Of a stretch of DNA of 64,000 bases, positions 62,044 through 64,000 are shown piece by piece. How positions within the stretch are numbered: position 1 is the stretch's first letter; each line of letters begins with the position of its first letter. This DNA is from an uncultured delta proteobacterium (lineage in GTDB: Bacteria; Desulfobacterota; RBG-13-43-22), in assembly GCA_963802945.1 (NCBI GenBank), contig CAWDKY010000025.1, positions 32,001 through 96,000 of the forward strand. The letters run 5' to 3'. The notes under the pieces were generated by a model. That model did not search any database. It saw only the letters and a list, made by a program, of their open reading frames with translations, and had not been told where the DNA came from. The position numbers and the translations under genes were made by a program.

Positions 62044-63330
62044 ATGGACTTTTCCAACAACTACAATAAGGAGCAGGAAGAATTCGCCAAAGAGGTACGG
62101 GCCTGGCTTTCGGAGAACATTCCCAAGGACTTGGTCAAACCGAGGAGGATTTTGGAGATGAGCCGTAAGGAATGGGAAAGGCGGCGGGACTTGTGCCGTA
62201 AATTGGGCCAGAAGGGATGGCTGTATCCCACGTCTCCCCGGGAATACGGAGGAGGCGGACTGAATGGAGACAAAGCTGCTGTTCTGAATATCGAGATAGC
62301 CCAACAAGGATTGAGTCTTCCCCCGTTGTATGATTCGGGGAGACTGGCCGTCCCAACCCTTATGGCCTGCGCCACAGATGAGCAGAAAAAGCGCTTGCTG
62401 CCGCCGATCTTAAAAGGAGAAGCCGTCACCTGGCAGCTTTTCACCGAACCGGAGGCCGGAACGGACGAGGCCAATCAACAGACCAATGCCTTGCGCTCGG
62501 TCAAGGAAAAGGATTATTTCATCGTTAACGGCGGGAAAATATTCGTCGGCGCCCTTTATGCCCCGCCCGACCAGTTTCTGTTGCTGACTCGGAGCAGCCT
62601 GGAGGCCCCCCGGCATCAAAACCTGGCCATGTTCCTGGCCCCGGCCGATTTACCCGGCGTTCAGATTTTTCCTCTCAATCTTTTCCCGGATGGCACCTTT
62701 TCCCAGGTCTGTTATGGATCATCGGACAGTGCACCGGGCGTTAAGCATTCCGTATTCTTTGAGGATGTCAAGATTCATGAATCATACCTGATCGGCGGGG
62801 AGCAGGATGGCTGGAAAGTAACCAATGCCACCCTGCAGGTCGAGCATGGAGACCGGGCCAGCGGCCAGCCCAGTGGCCAGGGCAGGGCCGGTGCTGCCTA
62901 TATTCCCGGTGCCGCCTATATTCCCCGCAATCAGGTAGTGGATAAATTTTTGGACCAATGCCGGAACAATCCGGAAATAAAAAGACGCTTGCTTGAAAAT
63001 CCCCAGTTGCAAGGGGACATGGTCGAGGCTTACATCGGCGGAGAGATTGAAAGGCTTTTCCATTTAAGGACTATAGGTCTGCGCCGGTCCGGAAAGCGCG
63101 CCGCTCACGCGGGACCGCAAAACACCTTGTTTACTAAGACCTTTGGAATGAAGATGACCGGATACCTATCCAGGGTTCTGGGGCCTCTTGCCCTGACCAG
63201 TGACGAGGACTGGGGTCTTGAAGAAGGCCTCTTTGAGGTTTGCGAACGAAACGGTATATGTATAGCTCCGGGCGGCACTCCCGAGGCTTTAAAAATCATT
63301 ATCGCTCGGGCCTTGCGGATTGGGAGATAA
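62044..63330 (+). CDS. Acyl-CoA dehydrogenase family protein
   Basis: EYGGGG, QLFTEPEAGTD, NGGKIF, VFFEDV, GGTPE. Confidence 0.9.
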   Translation: MDFSNNYNKEQEEFAKEVRAWLSENIPKDLVKPRRILEMSRKEWERRRDLCRKLGQKGWLYPTSPREYGGGGLNGDKAAVLNIEIAQQGLSLPPLYDSGRLAVPTLMACATDEQKKRLLPPILKGEAVTWQLFTEPEAGTDEANQQTNALRSVKEKDYFIVNGGKIFVGALYAPPDQFLLLTRSSLEAPRHQNLAMFLAPADLPGVQIFPLNLFPDGTFSQVCYGSSDSAPGVKHSVFFEDVKIHESYLIGGEQDGWKVTNATLQVEHGDRASGQPSGQGRAGAAYIPGAAYIPRNQVVDKFLDQCRNNPEIKRRLLENPQLQGDMVEAYIGGEIERLFHLRTIGLRRSGKRAAHAGPQNTLFTKTFGMKMTGYLSRVLGPLALTSDEDWGLEEGLFEVCERNGICIAPGGTPEALKIIIARALRIGR

Positions 63331-63348
63331 GCAAAAGTCAAAAAACCC

Positions 63349-63418
63349 GGTACAAGGTACGAGGTGCAGGGTACACGGTTTTAACCTTAAACCTCAGACC
63401 TTAGACCTTGAACCTTTT
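63349..63418. repeat. Inverted heptamer arrays (GGTACAA / AACCTTA-like)
   Basis: ggtacaa ggtacga ggtgcag ggtacac ggtt-ttaacc ttaaacc tcagacc ttagacc ttgaacc. Confidence 0.75.
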
Positions 63419-63436
63419 CTTTAAAGGAGAATAGAT

Positions 63437-64000
63437 ATGAATTTGGATTTGAGACTGACCGAAAGCGAAGAAATACTGAGGACCACGGCCGTCAATTTTT
63501 TAAAACGAGATATCAACAAGGAAACATTGGAGGCCCTTCATGAATCCGACACCGGATTCAATGAAGATATCTGGCGAAAAGTGGTGGACATGGGCTGGTT
63601 GGGCATTATTACACCCGAGGAATATGGAGGAACCGGATATCCGCTGACCACCGCCGGGATATTATTCGAGGCCCTGGGGAGCGCCCCACTGCCCGGCCCC
63701 TATTTTTCCTCTGGGATTCTGGGGAGTTTGATCCTCCAGGAGATCGGGACCGAGGGACAAAAAAAAGAAATTTTACCACAGGTGGCCGAGGGAAAGATTG
63801 TATTGTCCACGATTTTGACCGAAGCCGAATTAGGCTGGCATTCCGAAGTCCAGGTTGAGAGAAAAAATGGGGATTTTATTTTGAACGTCGAAAAAGGGAT
63901 TGCCCATGACGCCTCGGCGGCAACACATCTGATTGTGCCGGTCCGGACCGGGGAGAACAATTCTCTTTCCCTTTACCTGGTGGATAAAAAGACGAGCGGG
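63437..64000 (+). CDS. Second acyl-CoA dehydrogenase family protein, 3'-truncated by the window edge
   Basis: RBS GGAG; MNLDLRLTESEEILR..MGWLGII.PEEYGG..PLPGPY..LTEAE; frame open to the end. Confidence 0.85.
   Translation, partial: MNLDLRLTESEEILRTTAVNFLKRDINKETLEALHESDTGFNEDIWRKVVDMGWLGIITPEEYGGTGYPLTTAGILFEALGSAPLPGPYFSSGILGSLILQEIGTEGQKKEILPQVAEGKIVLSTILTEAELGWHSEVQVERKNGDFILNVEKGIAHDASAATHLIVPVRTGENNSLSLYLVDKKTSG

Overview
A 64 kb chromosomal segment from an anaerobic bacterium, probably Desulfobacterota/deltaproteobacterial (inferred from gene content and repeat types). It is mostly housekeeping and metabolic: two GAPDH genes, a very large PPDK-like gene, an archaeal-type thymidylate synthase, a BaiN/HI0933 flavoprotein, rlmN, hisI, hisG, engB, class II RNR with tandem NrdR boxes, tatD, trxC, AOR, znuABC-like, tRNA-Gly, tRNA-Cys, coaBC, UDG, nfeD-SPFH, larA-like, emrAB and a fatty-acid/acyl-CoA cluster. 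The most striking structure is an IS91/ISCR-like rolling-circle element family. One intact copy, with a passenger gene, sits in a 2,522-bp unit bounded by a 207-bp direct repeat of the 5' end of a host gene (181 bp identical). Three decayed copies of the same IS end lie in the same orientation directly upstream of other genes, each with an outward sigma70-like promoter of varying quality. Other notable items: about a dozen degenerate 7/8-mer tandem arrays, mostly in inverted pairs, at gene junctions; a PPDK-like protein lacking the pyruvate-binding domain; an accessory island with a kinase-STAND-TPR protein beside BrnT/BrnA; and several single-base frameshifts that may be sequencing errors. 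No CRISPR array or rRNA was seen. All alignments were done by eye and no database searches were run.
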